Below are positions 25,065-37,279 of a DNA stretch of 60,130 nucleotides, in pieces; the first letter of the stretch is position 1, and the number at the start of each line of letters is the position of its first letter. Made by a program: the position numbers and the translations under genes. The notes below the pieces were generated by a model. It was not told the origin of the DNA, did not search any database, and saw only the letters and a program-made list of their open reading frames with translations. The DNA is from a virus (taxonomy: Duplodnaviria; Caudoviricetes), in the IMG/VR virus record IMGVR_UViG_3300025108_000048, positions 1 to 60,130 of that record; one strand, given 5' to 3'.

Positions 25065-28000
25065 ATGGCAAGAATATTCGACATAAAAATAACATCAGGG
25101 ACTTCACACAGTCTCTATACGATATACTACGATCAAGTCGATGCTGCCAATATCGCAACAAGAGTGAGTACCTCATTACCTGCAACAGGTGTGACATATA
25201 ATGATTTAATAAGTGGTTCGGGAGTCACAGTTAGTGTCCCTAACAGTGCAACTTCAATACTACTATATAATAATTCATGTGTGATTGATGATGAAATTAT
25301 TTTACCAACCCCAACTCCATCACCTAGCCCAACAAGTACACCAACACCAACACCAACAAGTAGTCCTACACCAAGTCCTACACCAAGTCCAAGTCCAACA
25401 GAGACACCTACCCCAACACCATCACCGAGCCCAACAAGTACTCCAACTCCTAGTCCAACGACTAGTCCAACACCAACACCTACACCAAGTCCAACTCCAA
25501 ATTGTGATTTTGATATGGACATCAATGTGGTTACACCCACACCAACACCCACACCAAGCCCAACAAGTAGTCCAACACCTACACCTACAAGTACTCCGAC
25601 TCCAACACCAAGTCCGAGTCCAAGCCCAACAGAGACACCTACACCAACACCGAGTCCGACAACAAGTCCTACTCCAACTCCAACTAGTACACCAACACCT
25701 ACTCCAAGTCCAACACCAAATTGTGACTTTGACGTTGATGTCACCCTTAATACAAGACCCTCCATAATAGTACCTAATTTTTCTCAAACAGAAAACACGG
25801 CAACAGGAACTACAATAGGTAACTTAGTTGCAAATGATGATGAGGGAGGAACGTTTACGTGGGTATTTGAAGATACCGCAAGTTATCCTGATAATAATTC
25901 TTTCTCATTGACTAGTGGTGGGGTATTATCTAACGCGGAGGTTTTCAACCATGAGGTAAAAAGTTTATATACTTTATATGTTAAGGTCACCGATAACGGT
26001 GGATTAACAAATACAAGAGAATTTACGGTAGATATAGTCGATGTTAATGAAACACCATACGGTTTAACCTTAAGTAATAATTCGCAAAGAGAAAACACAC
26101 CAACGGGGACAACAATTGGTATTTTTTCGGGGTTAGATGTTGACAGTAACGAAACATTTACATACGCACTAACGGGTAGCGGTAATAATAATTCGGCGTT
26201 CGCCTTATCAAGTTCGGGTGTACTCAAAAATGCAATAGTTTTTAATTATGAGGTTAAAAACTCTTATAGTATTGAAGTGACGGTTACGGATAGTGGTAAT
26301 AACACTTATACGGATACATTTACAATTTCAGTACTTGACGTTAATGAATCACCAACAAATTTATCCTTATCAAGTAATAGTATTGCGGAAAATCAATCTA
26401 CAGGAACAACAATAGGTACTTTCAGTAGTACGGATGTTGATTCGGGAGATAGTCATTCTTATGAACTTGTTAGTGGTTTAGGAGATACTAATAATGGTTC
26501 ATTTACATTAACAAGTGGTGGTGTTCTAAAAAGTAAAGAAGTTTATAACTATGAAGGTAAGAACAGTTATTCTATAAGAGTAAAAACTACTGATTCGGGG
26601 GGATTAACCTACATAGGTATATTTACGATTTTGATTACAGATCTTAACGAAACCCCTTCTAACATAACACCATCAACAGTGTCGTTTCAAGAAAATCAAT
26701 CGACAGGAACAACAGTGACTACATTCACCGCCACCGATGTTGATGCGGGCGATACACATACTTTTGAATTAGTAAGTGGTGTTGGAGATACCAACAACGA
26801 TTCGTTTAGTTTGAATAGTAATGGTACTCTGACATCTAACGAGGTGTTTAACTACGAAGTTAAAAACTCGTATACAATAAGAGTCAAAGCAACAGATTCA
26901 GGTGATTTAACATACGAAAGATCAGTAACAATTAATATCACCAACGCAAACGAAGTACCCACAGATATAACTTTATTAGATAATAATATCCCTGAAAATA
27001 GTTCTACAGGTACTACGGTTGGTCAATTATCAACTACAGATCCTGATGCATCAAATACATTTACATATACATTAGTAAGTGGTGTAGGAGACACTAATAA
27101 CAGTTCATTTAAGATAAGTGGTAATAAGATTCAAAGTAGTGAAGTATTCAACTATGAAGTTAAGAACACTTATTCAGTTAGAGTAAGGTCAACAGATCAA
27201 GGAGGGTTATATAGAGAAGAATCGTTTACCATTAATGTAACTAATGTTAATGAAACTCCAACAAACATATCATTATCTAATTCATCTATTGATGAGAATG
27301 TGGCAACAGGGACCACTGTGGGGACACTATCAACTACAGACCCTGACGCAGGAAATACATTCACATATACATTAGTAAGTGGTGCGGGTGACACTAATAA
27401 CGGTTCGTTCTATATAGACGGAACAACCTTAAAAAGTAATCAAGTTTTTGATTATGAAACCAAGAATTCATACACAATAAGAGTAAGAACAACAGACCAA
27501 GGTGGATTATGGTATGAAAAGAAAATAACGATATCAATTACAAATATCAGTGTTTCAGGAACTGCGGATGTAACCAATATTACATGTAGCAATCTAAAGA
27601 ATGGTAGTATTGAGGTTACCTCAACTACAGGAGGTGATTCACCATATACATATTCAATTAACGGTACTAATTACCAAACATCAACGACATTTTCAAATCT
27701 CGACTCAGGAACCTACACAATTTATATAAAAGACGACAATGGTGAAATAGGTACTATAAGTAAAACAGTTACAAAACCATCCGCAATAACAATATCCGAC
27801 ACCCATACAGACCCAACATGTGATGGTGATTCTGATGGTACAATTACTTTCACCGTTGGTGGAGGAACAGGAACCAAAACATATACGTTAAATGGTGTGG
27901 CGATTACTAATCTTTCTCAAACAGGGTTGGATGAAGGCAACTACACTTTAGTTGTAACCGATGAAAATGGATGTACAAATTCAAGAACAGTGGTACTAAC

Positions 28001-31000
28001 TAAGTCAGCGATAACCTTATCGGTATCCATAACAAATACAATATGTAATGGATTACAATCGGGTGAAATTAGGATAACTAATATAGGTGGTGGTAATGGT
28101 GGTCCGTACAAGATAAAATTTGATGACGGAGAGTTTGAAGATGATAATGGGGCTAATCGTACAATAAGTAATTTATATGCGGGTACATACACAATAACAA
28201 TACAAGATGGGAGTTTCTGTGAGAGAGAATTCTCGGTAACAATAACAGAACCATCACAAGTATCATTTACATCAACACATACTGATCCAACATGTTGGGA
28301 CGGTTCGGATGGTGAAATAATTATAACGGCAACGGGAGGTAGTGCACCATATGAATACAAACTAAATAATCAGTGGTATCCTTCAGGGAACTTCACAGGG
28401 TTAACAACTGGAAATTATACATTAGACGTTAGAGATGTTAATTTATGTCAAACAACAGGATCAAGTAGTTTAACGTTATTAAAATCAGCACCTATAGTAA
28501 CGTGGTCATTTACAAATGTCACATGTAATGGGGCTGGTGATGGTACTATATCGGTGGCAAACCCATCTGGTGGAAACGGTGGAACATATCAGGTAAAACT
28601 TAATAAATTAGGTACCTATGTAGACCTACCAAACAATACTATTCAAGACTATACGTCATTAGCACCTGGTACACATACCATATTCATTAAAGATGGTGAG
28701 GGTTGTATAAAAACATACACACAAACCATAACACAAAATGCAGTGGTAGGTATATCTGTTTCAAACACAATGCCGACATGTAGATTTGATAGTGACGGTC
28801 AAATTGTTGTTACAGGTAGTGGTGGGACTGGGTCTTACACTTATAGTAAAGACGGTACTAATTATCAAACATCCAACACATTTTCAAACCTTTCAAAAGG
28901 AAGTTATACGTTATACGTTAAAGATACTAATGGTTGTGTGGTGAATACATCAACCACATTAGATAAAGCACAAGTAACGGCATCAATTTATTCTAATGCA
29001 CCTAACTGTCATAACGGTAGTGATGGTGATATTACATTGGCAGCAATTACGGGTGGAAACGGTGGACCATATCAGTTTAAATTTTCAAGTGGTAATTGGA
29101 CTAATTTTACTACACCAGTAACGTTTACAGGTAAATCGGGAGCAACACCTTATTATGTGTACGTTAGGGACAAAGTTGAGTGTGAAAATGAATATCAAAT
29201 AGTATTAAATAACCCACAAAACTTAGTAATAACCACATCGGTGACACATCCGACGTGTCGTGGAAATAGTGATGGCGAAATTGTAATCACATCTACTGGT
29301 GGTACAGGAACTAAATTATATTCAATAAATGGTGTTAATTATTTTACGTCAGGTACGTTCACAGGACAGACTGTAGGGACAAGAACAGCATATGTGAAAG
29401 ATAGTAATAACTGTATTACGACTAAGAGTGTTACATTAACAAAAACTGATCCTTCATTTAATGCGTCACTTGAACATGTTTCATGTAATGGTGGTACAGG
29501 AACAATAACAGTATCAAGTCCAACAGGTGGAAACGGTGGACCATACCAAGTTAAATTAGATAGTCAATCGTACATAAACTTTAATACAGGCACACCACCT
29601 GAATATGAATTCACAGACGCGTCTGTGGGTCCACATACTGTAACAATAAAAGATAAGGACGGATGTACTAAAGGTTATACATATATTATTACACAACCAC
29701 CGGTGGTCAATGTAACTACAAAAAGTGTTACTCACCCATCGTGTCGTAATTCTAATGATGGTTCGATAACATTTGAAGCAAGTGGAGGAACAGGATCACT
29801 AACATATACAATGAATGGGGTATCAACAACAGATCTCACATTCACAGGTTTAACCATAGGTGGGTACTCGTTTAGAGCGACAGACCAAAATGGTTGTTAT
29901 GACCAAGTTACGGTAATTCTTCAAAAAAGTGATGTTACCGCAACGGTATCATCATCAAACCCTACGTGTTATGGTGGTACAGGATCAATAACAGTGTCTA
30001 ACCCAATTGGTGGAAACGGTGGAACATATAGTTCTAAAATAGGTTCGGGAAGTTATTCTACAACATTCCCTAAAACATACAGTAATTTGAGTGGTGGTTC
30101 ACATACTATCACTGTTAGAGACGGTGATGGATGTACAAGAACATACACAAAAACAATAACAGTACCCACACAAGTTAGTTTTACCACAACATTAACACAC
30201 CCTTCATGTAGTGGAGATAATGATGGTGAAATAGTAATTAATGCAAGTGGGGGTAGTGGATCGTACACATATTCTTTAAATAACGGATTTAATTACCAAT
30301 CGAGTAATACTTTTTCTACTTTAAGTTCCGCTATCTATTTGATAAGAGTCAAAGATAGTGCTAACTGTGTTCGATCAGGAAGTGCACAACTAAATAAGAC
30401 CGCTCCAAACGCGACATTTACAACAAGTAGTGTAAGTTGTCATGGTGGTAGTGACGGTGAGATAACAGTGTCGAATCCAACAGGAGGTAACGGAGCAACA
30501 TATAGTTCTAAAATAGGGTCAGGAAGTTACACAACGACTTTCCCTAAAACATATACAGGTTTATCGGAAGGAAAAAGTACAATCACAATTAAAGATAAAG
30601 ACGGTTGTGAACAATCTTATCAGGTAACCATAACTGAACCTTTAGATGATACTGCAACAATAACATCATTTACCACAGGTGCTAATGGTGACATTACTGT
30701 TACATCTGCGGGTGGGACGTGGAATAAAACATATAGATTATATGAGGACACAACGTCTCCCTATACTAATAGTGGGGGTGTTTTAGTCGCAACTATCACA
30801 GGTGTGACAGCGGCAAATCATTCACAAACATTCAGTAGTTTACCTGAAGGGTATTATTATGTTGTAGTTACCGATGCAAACGGTTGTGTCTCAAGTACAT
30901 CAGAACAAAGTACATTTGCCGATGGTGATGACTGTAATTGTATAGAGGTTGGTGTTATTTCGAGTAAATTAACAAGCGGTGGTAATGATTTATACTACAT

Positions 31001-31244
31001 TAATAATGATTGTGAAAATGGGATGACTTCTGTAAACTTAAACAATTATTTAGCTGAGATTGGTGAAGACGAGGAAAGTAATATTTTTAAATTCTGTAGT
31101 CAGTCACCGTATAGTCATAGTTTTAAATATGGTTTAGCTGGTGAGACTTTCGATGGACCTCAAGGTGGGGGAATAACAGTAACACCTTTTGATGATCCAT
31201 GTACTAGTAACTCGGATTGTTCAAAAACCATTAAACCATTTTAA
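25065..31244 (+). CDS. adhesin-like fibre protein: N-terminal domain, PT linkers with 2 CDFD motifs, 6 cadherin-like repeats, about 13-14 SprB-like repeats
   Basis: ENxxTGTT[IV]G...D.D...FNYE.K..Y.I.V..TD.GGL...DVNE.P cadherin pattern; xxC.G..DG.I....GG...Y.Y....L..G.Y...V.D..GC SprB pattern. Confidence 0.85.
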   Translation: MARIFDIKITSGTSHSLYTIYYDQVDAANIATRVSTSLPATGVTYNDLISGSGVTVSVPNSATSILLYNNSCVIDDEIILPTPTPSPSPTSTPTPTPTSSPTPSPTPSPSPTETPTPTPSPSPTSTPTPSPTTSPTPTPTPSPTPNCDFDMDINVVTPTPTPTPSPTSSPTPTPTSTPTPTPSPSPSPTETPTPTPSPTTSPTPTPTSTPTPTPSPTPNCDFDVDVTLNTRPSIIVPNFSQTENTATGTTIGNLVANDDEGGTFTWVFEDTASYPDNNSFSLTSGGVLSNAEVFNHEVKSLYTLYVKVTDNGGLTNTREFTVDIVDVNETPYGLTLSNNSQRENTPTGTTIGIFSGLDVDSNETFTYALTGSGNNNSAFALSSSGVLKNAIVFNYEVKNSYSIEVTVTDSGNNTYTDTFTISVLDVNESPTNLSLSSNSIAENQSTGTTIGTFSSTDVDSGDSHSYELVSGLGDTNNGSFTLTSGGVLKSKEVYNYEGKNSYSIRVKTTDSGGLTYIGIFTILITDLNETPSNITPSTVSFQENQSTGTTVTTFTATDVDAGDTHTFELVSGVGDTNNDSFSLNSNGTLTSNEVFNYEVKNSYTIRVKATDSGDLTYERSVTINITNANEVPTDITLLDNNIPENSSTGTTVGQLSTTDPDASNTFTYTLVSGVGDTNNSSFKISGNKIQSSEVFNYEVKNTYSVRVRSTDQGGLYREESFTINVTNVNETPTNISLSNSSIDENVATGTTVGTLSTTDPDAGNTFTYTLVSGAGDTNNGSFYIDGTTLKSNQVFDYETKNSYTIRVRTTDQGGLWYEKKITISITNISVSGTADVTNITCSNLKNGSIEVTSTTGGDSPYTYSINGTNYQTSTTFSNLDSGTYTIYIKDDNGEIGTISKTVTKPSAITISDTHTDPTCDGDSDGTITFTVGGGTGTKTYTLNGVAITNLSQTGLDEGNYTLVVTDENGCTNSRTVVLTKSAITLSVSITNTICNGLQSGEIRITNIGGGNGGPYKIKFDDGEFEDDNGANRTISNLYAGTYTITIQDGSFCEREFSVTITEPSQVSFTSTHTDPTCWDGSDGEIIITATGGSAPYEYKLNNQWYPSGNFTGLTTGNYTLDVRDVNLCQTTGSSSLTLLKSAPIVTWSFTNVTCNGAGDGTISVANPSGGNGGTYQVKLNKLGTYVDLPNNTIQDYTSLAPGTHTIFIKDGEGCIKTYTQTITQNAVVGISVSNTMPTCRFDSDGQIVVTGSGGTGSYTYSKDGTNYQTSNTFSNLSKGSYTLYVKDTNGCVVNTSTTLDKAQVTASIYSNAPNCHNGSDGDITLAAITGGNGGPYQFKFSSGNWTNFTTPVTFTGKSGATPYYVYVRDKVECENEYQIVLNNPQNLVITTSVTHPTCRGNSDGEIVITSTGGTGTKLYSINGVNYFTSGTFTGQTVGTRTAYVKDSNNCITTKSVTLTKTDPSFNASLEHVSCNGGTGTITVSSPTGGNGGPYQVKLDSQSYINFNTGTPPEYEFTDASVGPHTVTIKDKDGCTKGYTYIITQPPVVNVTTKSVTHPSCRNSNDGSITFEASGGTGSLTYTMNGVSTTDLTFTGLTIGGYSFRATDQNGCYDQVTVILQKSDVTATVSSSNPTCYGGTGSITVSNPIGGNGGTYSSKIGSGSYSTTFPKTYSNLSGGSHTITVRDGDGCTRTYTKTITVPTQVSFTTTLTHPSCSGDNDGEIVINASGGSGSYTYSLNNGFNYQSSNTFSTLSSAIYLIRVKDSANCVRSGSAQLNKTAPNATFTTSSVSCHGGSDGEITVSNPTGGNGATYSSKIGSGSYTTTFPKTYTGLSEGKSTITIKDKDGCEQSYQVTITEPLDDTATITSFTTGANGDITVTSAGGTWNKTYRLYEDTTSPYTNSGGVLVATITGVTAANHSQTFSSLPEGYYYVVVTDANGCVSSTSEQSTFADGDDCNCIEVGVISSKLTSGGNDLYYINNDCENGMTSVNLNNYLAEIGEDEESNIFKFCSQSPYSHSFKYGLAGETFDGPQGGGITVTPFDDPCTSNSDCSKTIKPF
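25750..27550 (+). repeat. six tandem cadherin-like domains
   Basis: Units of about 100 aa starting ENTATG, ENTPTG, ENQSTG, ENQSTG, ENSSTG, ENVATG. Confidence 0.85.
27570..30890 (+). repeat. tandem SprB-like repeats
   Basis: Units of about 80 aa with two Cys each, e.g. [24 protein letters not shown]. Confidence 0.8.
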
Positions 31245-31338
31245 CCTAATTGGTATATAATAAATAATAAATTAATAACAAAACGAATAAATCGTAAAAA
31301 CGATATATTTATAATAAACAAAACAAAATTAAAATAAC

Positions 31339-31944
31339 ATGGCAGGAGCAACAGGATCGACGTATCAAGTAACATTCACCCTATCACCAGCATTTACTGG
31401 AACGACAGAGGCTGATAGTTTTACAATAATTGGAAAACACTGTAATGGTAATCCTTCAGACACTACTATAGCGTCAGGGGTTTCTAAAGCAGAATTAACC
31501 ACAGGAATGACATACACAATTGCACAAACAATTTCAGGTGGAACTATAACATCAACAGGAGATTGTACTAACTCTGTCAATTGGACAGGTTTAGCGTGTG
31601 AAGGTGACCCAAGTCCAACACCTACACCAACATCTGAAGGAGAACCTGGAGGTGGTGGAGGATCACTATTCCAAGTGAGTAGATGTAACGATGATTCCAC
31701 ATGGTTAATTGCTGACGATATAAGTTGTATTGAAGGTAATCCGAGTACACCACCTAACCCAAGTATTTATCAAGTAGGTGAATATATACAGATGACGACA
31801 GGAACTTCTTGTTCAAGTCCACAAACTTCATATTGTGCGTTAATTACGGCGGTTGATGTAAGTGGTACAAGAAATGCGGTACTAATACAACACGCTCTTC
31901 TTAACAAAGATAAAGGTTGTACTAACACTGAATGTATTGAATAA
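31339..31944 (+). CDS. small Cys-rich virion-associated protein with PT linker
   Basis: N-terminal domain (IASGVSKAELTTG...TSTGDCTNS), SPTPTP linker, Cys-rich C-terminal domain. Confidence 0.7.
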   Translation: MAGATGSTYQVTFTLSPAFTGTTEADSFTIIGKHCNGNPSDTTIASGVSKAELTTGMTYTIAQTISGGTITSTGDCTNSVNWTGLACEGDPSPTPTPTSEGEPGGGGGSLFQVSRCNDDSTWLIADDISCIEGNPSTPPNPSIYQVGEYIQMTTGTSCSSPQTSYCALITAVDVSGTRNAVLIQHALLNKDKGCTNTECIE

Positions 31945-31966
31945 TACATTTTAATTAATATATTAA

Positions 31967-31997
31967 AAAAAAACCCGTCTTTATGATGGGTTTTTTT
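31967..31997 (+). terminator. rho-independent terminator (possibly bidirectional)
   Basis: A-run, CCCGTC, TTTAT loop, GATGGG, T7. Confidence 0.8.
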
Positions 31998-32033
31998 ATT
32001 TAAAGTAATCTACTTATTAATGTATTTATATGT

Positions 32034-33134
32034 ATGGGATTAATTGTTAGAGTATTTGATATTGTTTCACCTAATGACTTTGATTTAAGTATTGGGTTGT
32101 CACCGTATGGGCCGTTCACAAAATTAGACGGACCTGGACCTGATAATTCTTGGCCAAACTCTACGGATAGAGACTATAGAACGGAACCAATTTATATTGG
32201 AGACAATGAACCCGAAGTGATTAATGGTGTACCACCATCATCAGAAGTAATATTTTATGATTTAGAGTTTGATACTGAATTTTGGTTGAAAATGGAGGAT
32301 AAGGTAAATGTTATAGATATATGTGGAGATAATCAAACACCAAGGTACATTGTAGAAAACATATACATACATGATAGTAAGACATTTGAATGTTACGATA
32401 AGATAAACTTTAGTGTGTCTTATGAATGTGTATTACCACCAACCCCAACACCCGAACCGACACCAGGAACAACCCCAACCCCAACTCCATCACCAACAGG
32501 TGTAGTTATAGACGACAAGACTGAAATTAATATATACTTTGATAATTCAGGTTCTATGGGTAGTACTGAAGCCCCACTAAATACTATGGCCACAACCATT
32601 CTTAAAAACTGTTTACTACCGTTTTATAACAACGACTCTGCCTTATATGATAGTAGGGTAAAAGTTTTAACTATGGGTCAACTTAATTTAAGTGAAAGAA
32701 GTTACGGTTGTATGGCAAGAACTGGTACAACAATTAATATTACTAAAGTCATAAACTTATCATTTCAAGATGAAGGACAATCAGTTTATCACGGTGGTAA
32801 TGGGTGGACTAATGCACAAACGAGAACGAATGCCTTTAATGCCGATATAACATTATTAAGAAATAACATTGATAATAACCCATCAGATTATATAGTTGGG
32901 GAGATTTTCCAAGTCCAAACCAATACTACTGGACAGTGGTTGTCCTTTAGAAATTTATTGGAATCGGTTGATGGTGGTTTAGGTCAATATACTGGTGTTT
33001 ATGGATTATCCGATAAACCTGAAATACATAATACCTATGGTGTTACACCAGGGAGTACTCCACAATATTATATGGGACTTATAATCACAGCAATTAATAA
33101 TTTAGGTTATAGTATACCTAACTGTACAGAATAA
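32034..33134 (+). CDS. PT-linked protein with C-terminal vWA-like domain
   Basis: INIYFDNSGSM (DxSxS MIDAS pattern) directly after the PT linker. Confidence 0.65.
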   Translation: MGLIVRVFDIVSPNDFDLSIGLSPYGPFTKLDGPGPDNSWPNSTDRDYRTEPIYIGDNEPEVINGVPPSSEVIFYDLEFDTEFWLKMEDKVNVIDICGDNQTPRYIVENIYIHDSKTFECYDKINFSVSYECVLPPTPTPEPTPGTTPTPTPSPTGVVIDDKTEINIYFDNSGSMGSTEAPLNTMATTILKNCLLPFYNNDSALYDSRVKVLTMGQLNLSERSYGCMARTGTTINITKVINLSFQDEGQSVYHGGNGWTNAQTRTNAFNADITLLRNNIDNNPSDYIVGEIFQVQTNTTGQWLSFRNLLESVDGGLGQYTGVYGLSDKPEIHNTYGVTPGSTPQYYMGLIITAINNLGYSIPNCTE

Positions 33135-33141
33135 AGATAAT

Positions 33142-34122
33142 ATGGGGAGAATAGTAAGACTAAATATTTCGTTAGATAACAGTCATTCATTAGATGACTT
33201 TCCCGTTGATTTATATTCGGGTTTAACAAGTGGGGATACAACTAATTTAGTATATGCAAATATAGTTAGTACGGATATACCACTTGATCTAATGTTTGAA
33301 GATAGTGATTTAAATGTTAGTAATGACCCTAATAATCCTTTTGCACCACACTGTTATATGAGAATATCATCTGACGGATGTTATGATGAAATAATAAAAT
33401 TAGAGGTACCAAAAGTAGATTGTGAAATGTGTGTTGATTTCCAAGAAATTATACCAGAACCAACACCCACTTCAATACCACCAACACCTACTTCAATACC
33501 ACCAACACCTACTTCAATACCACCAACACCTACGGAAGGACCAACACCTACCCCAACACCGACATTACCACCTGGACCAAGTCCTACACCAACAACTACG
33601 AGTACACCAACCCCTACACCAACAAGTAGTCCTACACCAAGTCCTACACCAACAAGTACTGACGGACCAACAACATGTAATGAGTACTCATTATATATGA
33701 CAGGACAAGGTGAAACGTCCTCACAGTGGGAATGGACTGAATGTGGAGGTTCGGTTACAACATGGACAAATGTGGGTGCTAACTATAGGGTTGTATGTTC
33801 AGAAACAATACCGACATTAAATTACGGTGATGGGTTTAGTTTACTTAACGGGGATTGTGGTAATTATACGGTAAGTAGATGTACTGATGGACAACAATTT
33901 ACTGTTGCCAAAAATAAGAACTGTAACACAGGTACACCACCAGCATATAGTGTTGGAGATATTATCCAATTCAAAGAAATGAGCGTTACTAATGGTCAGT
34001 GTTTTGGTGCGTCCTACTGCGGTACTATTACCGCCACGGACTCAAATACACCACATGATGCGTTAGTAAGTAGGGCCGCAACAGTTGATGGTTGTGACGA
34101 TGTAATACATTGTGAGAATTAA
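33142..34122 (+). CDS. PT-linked Cys-rich putative virion protein
   Basis: N-terminal domain, PT linker with 3 x 21-nt repeat, Cys-rich modules; VSRC...Y.VG..IQ...SYC..ITA.D is shared with the 31339 protein. Confidence 0.7.
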   Translation: MGRIVRLNISLDNSHSLDDFPVDLYSGLTSGDTTNLVYANIVSTDIPLDLMFEDSDLNVSNDPNNPFAPHCYMRISSDGCYDEIIKLEVPKVDCEMCVDFQEIIPEPTPTSIPPTPTSIPPTPTSIPPTPTEGPTPTPTPTLPPGPSPTPTTTSTPTPTPTSSPTPSPTPTSTDGPTTCNEYSLYMTGQGETSSQWEWTECGGSVTTWTNVGANYRVVCSETIPTLNYGDGFSLLNGDCGNYTVSRCTDGQQFTVAKNKNCNTGTPPAYSVGDIIQFKEMSVTNGQCFGASYCGTITATDSNTPHDALVSRAATVDGCDDVIHCEN

Positions 34123-34175
34123 AAATTTTAATTTAAAATAAAGTATTTATATAATAAGAATAAAAAAATAGTAGA

Positions 34176-35726
34176 ATGGCAAGACAGTTTACAGTAACAT
34201 TGACATCAGGAACCGATTCAGGTCCTTACAACATATATTATGATTCGGTATCATCAGGTACGTTAGCCACTTTATGTGGAACATCTAATTTAGCGGAGAA
34301 CCTAACATTATCTCAAGTACAATCGGGAGTATGTGTTGAAGTTCCAAATGATGCGGACCGTATTATATTTTATAATACCAACCCTGACATTGCAAAAGAC
34401 TGTGAAACTAATCAGGAAGTTCATGAATTAACGAGTGAGCCAAGTCCTTCACCAACAACTACGAGTACACCAACCCCTACACCTACAGAAAGTAGTACAC
34501 CAACACCAACACCTACACCAAGTTCAACAGAAGATATTGCATGTCAATGTTTTGAGTTTATTAACACAACTCAAAATAATATTTCATATATATATACCGA
34601 TTGTAACGGTACAAGTGTAGAGGCGGTCTCTGATAAAGAACCATGGACATTCTACGTCTGTGCTCAAAGTATAGACAGTGTAACAAGTAATAAATTAACT
34701 TATAGTGTTTATGGCCCATGTGCTGAAGGAGTTTGTGTTAATACTCCATCACCAACACCAACTAACACACCAACATCAACACCTACGAGTACTCCTACAT
34801 CAACACCAACTCCAACACCTACAGCAACGGATATACAAGGAGTTCAATCGAGAGATCGAAAGTTCCAGAATTGTGGTACAACACCTGGATCTCCGGATAG
34901 TGCTGAAGTGGAAACTCAAGCAGCACCTGGTGACGGAGAATCGACTATTCCAATTTTTATATACCTAACGATAGATGAATATGGTAGTACACCAGGGTTA
35001 GGTGATAAAGTCCGTGTTAATTTCGGTACGAGTGATCAATATTGTTATGAATATGTTGGTATTGAAACAGGTGAGGAAAACACATCATTAGTGGTTGAAT
35101 TAGATGATTGTAATTGTGACACCGCTCAAGGTGTATGTAAATTCTTTGAAGTTGGTTCAGAAGTAGATCAAAGTAGATATGGTTTACGTTGGGTCCGTTC
35201 AAATGAGGAAACACCCACGACGGCTAAATTTAATAGTATGACCTCCACACCAATGGGACAGGAAGTCGGTAGTTCTGTAGCCGTCGGGGTATGTACCGCC
35301 ATTGGAACTTCAGTAAGTATATGGGATTCTAATGATGATTCATTAGTTTCGAATTTACCAGGAGTCAGTACTCTAGCTCAAAAGAATTCAAGTTGTGATG
35401 AGACTCCACTTGGAAGATGTCAATACAATGTCCCTGATGAACCTACTCAAACGAATAGAACAGTTACGGGTTGTACTTCAGGTAATATATATGTCATTAA
35501 TCATACTGAAACGTGTGACGCCGGTACTATACAAGCGTCTACAGATGAATTAGAATTAGGTGATGTAATATGGATTACCGTAGGTGATTGTGGTGAGGCT
35601 GTTGATGAATGTGCAACTGTGGGACAAGTTACCAATGATGAAATAACCGCGATTAGAAGAGGTCAAGAAACATTTAATGGGTGTTCCAATGATGAGGGCA
35701 ACGCCACAGGGTGTTACATGCCTTAA
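34176..35726 (+). CDS. PT-linked Cys-rich putative virion protein
   Basis: N-terminal domain homologous to that of the 25065 protein; CQCFE module; ends in GCYMP. Confidence 0.75.
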   Translation: MARQFTVTLTSGTDSGPYNIYYDSVSSGTLATLCGTSNLAENLTLSQVQSGVCVEVPNDADRIIFYNTNPDIAKDCETNQEVHELTSEPSPSPTTTSTPTPTPTESSTPTPTPTPSSTEDIACQCFEFINTTQNNISYIYTDCNGTSVEAVSDKEPWTFYVCAQSIDSVTSNKLTYSVYGPCAEGVCVNTPSPTPTNTPTSTPTSTPTSTPTPTPTATDIQGVQSRDRKFQNCGTTPGSPDSAEVETQAAPGDGESTIPIFIYLTIDEYGSTPGLGDKVRVNFGTSDQYCYEYVGIETGEENTSLVVELDDCNCDTAQGVCKFFEVGSEVDQSRYGLRWVRSNEETPTTAKFNSMTSTPMGQEVGSSVAVGVCTAIGTSVSIWDSNDDSLVSNLPGVSTLAQKNSSCDETPLGRCQYNVPDEPTQTNRTVTGCTSGNIYVINHTETCDAGTIQASTDELELGDVIWITVGDCGEAVDECATVGQVTNDEITAIRRGQETFNGCSNDEGNATGCYMP

Positions 35727-35800
35727 TTAAATTTAACCTATAAGTTGTGGTTTATTAATTTGTTTCCATTGTATTTATATACATAGACTAAATATATATA

Positions 35801-37279
35801 ATGGGTAATCTTGTAACAGTTAAAAATAATTATGATAATGGAGTGTGTAGTGGATTTACCATATACACAGGTACCACTTACAATGGACACCCATTTACAA
35901 TACCACCTTCCGCAAATAGTATAGGTTTTCACACATTACCACATACCTTTGATATTGGATATTATAGTGGTCCATTATATGTCTTTTTAGAGCATTGTGA
36001 CAATCATATTTCACCCCCACCAAACGAAGACCCAAAAAAACAAGGTGGATTCCAAGTAGTACTAATCGATGTTGATTGTGAAGTATGTCCACCAAATTCG
36101 GATTCAATTGACTGTACAATGATTGTTAGTTTTGTGGAAAATAAATCCACTGACTGTAACTTTACGGTAACTTTTGACGAGATACTTACATCACCATCAC
36201 CAACACCGACATCAACAAGTACACCAACACCAACACCGACATCAACAAGTACACCAACACCAACACCAACATCAACAAGTACACCAACACCAACACCAAC
36301 ATCAACAAGTACACCAACACCAACACCAAGTTCAACAGAAGATATTGCATGTCAATGTTTTGAGATTAATAGTAACCGTCAGGGTTATTTCAATTACTCA
36401 TATTTTGATTGTAATGGTGTGAGGGTAGATGCAACGTCTGAGACTCCACCAATGCAGGAAATAACATTTTACGTGTGTGCACAAAGTATAATATCAGTTG
36501 CTGATAAAGTGACTTATAGTGTTTATGGCCCATGTGCTGAAGGAGTTTGTGTTAATACTCCATCACCAACACCTACACAAACACCTACACCTACTCCAAC
36601 GAGTACCCCAACAAGTACACCAACATCAACACCTACGAGTACTCCTACGAGTACACCAACATCAACACCAACAAACACACCAACATCAACACCTACGAGT
36701 ACTCCTACACCAACACCAACTAATACTCCAACCCCAACTCCAACATCAACGTCACTTATACAGTTAGAATGTGTAATTGCCACCTTTACTGCTAGTGGAG
36801 GTAATTTAACGGTTACTTATGATCCGTGTGGTGGAGGTAAGAGACAAAATCTGTTTATATTTGATGGTCAGACAGGAGAGACCGTTTGTGCACAAAACAA
36901 CTCATGGACATATGATTATCCTGATTATTTAGGTAGTGTAAGTATTGACCCATGTCCTCCCGATCAAACCCCAAGTCCATCAGGTGTAGATGATGAACCA
37001 AGTAATGGTAATAGGGCGGTTATAGGTTGTGATTCAAATACTGAATATATAATTAATGAGAACGAAACATGTTTAAATGGTCAGATGGCAATCACCGCAA
37101 ACCAATTGCAACCGGGTGAAATAATATGGATCAGTGCTGAAGAGTGTGGTGATGTTATTGAATGTGCAACTGTAGGGGTACCTAAGGTAGGTCCAATAAC
37201 TGCAGTTAGGTATAATGAGAATACGTTTGAGGATTGTAGTCAAGAAGAAAACTTTCAGGGTGGGTGTTACATGCCTTAA
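35801..37279 (+). CDS. PT-linked Cys-rich putative virion protein, partial paralog of 34176
   Basis: Shares the CQCFE...[10 protein letters not shown] module and the GCYMP C-terminal domain with 34176. Confidence 0.75.
   Translation: MGNLVTVKNNYDNGVCSGFTIYTGTTYNGHPFTIPPSANSIGFHTLPHTFDIGYYSGPLYVFLEHCDNHISPPPNEDPKKQGGFQVVLIDVDCEVCPPNSDSIDCTMIVSFVENKSTDCNFTVTFDEILTSPSPTPTSTSTPTPTPTSTSTPTPTPTSTSTPTPTPTSTSTPTPTPSSTEDIACQCFEINSNRQGYFNYSYFDCNGVRVDATSETPPMQEITFYVCAQSIISVADKVTYSVYGPCAEGVCVNTPSPTPTQTPTPTPTSTPTSTPTSTPTSTPTSTPTSTPTNTPTSTPTSTPTPTPTNTPTPTPTSTSLIQLECVIATFTASGGNLTVTYDPCGGGKRQNLFIFDGQTGETVCAQNNSWTYDYPDYLGSVSIDPCPPDQTPSPSGVDDEPSNGNRAVIGCDSNTEYIINENETCLNGQMAITANQLQPGEIIWISAEECGDVIECATVGVPKVGPITAVRYNENTFEDCSQEENFQGGCYMP
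36201..36320 (+). repeat. 4 x 30-nt near-perfect tandem repeat ([10 protein letters not shown])
   Basis: caacacc[g/a]acatcaacaagtacaccaacac repeated four times. Confidence 0.9.

Noticed and set aside
34176-37279. Diversity-generating retroelement TR/VR pair
   Set aside because: No reverse transcriptase is in the window, the shared blocks are identical rather than differing at adenines, and both lie inside coding paralogs
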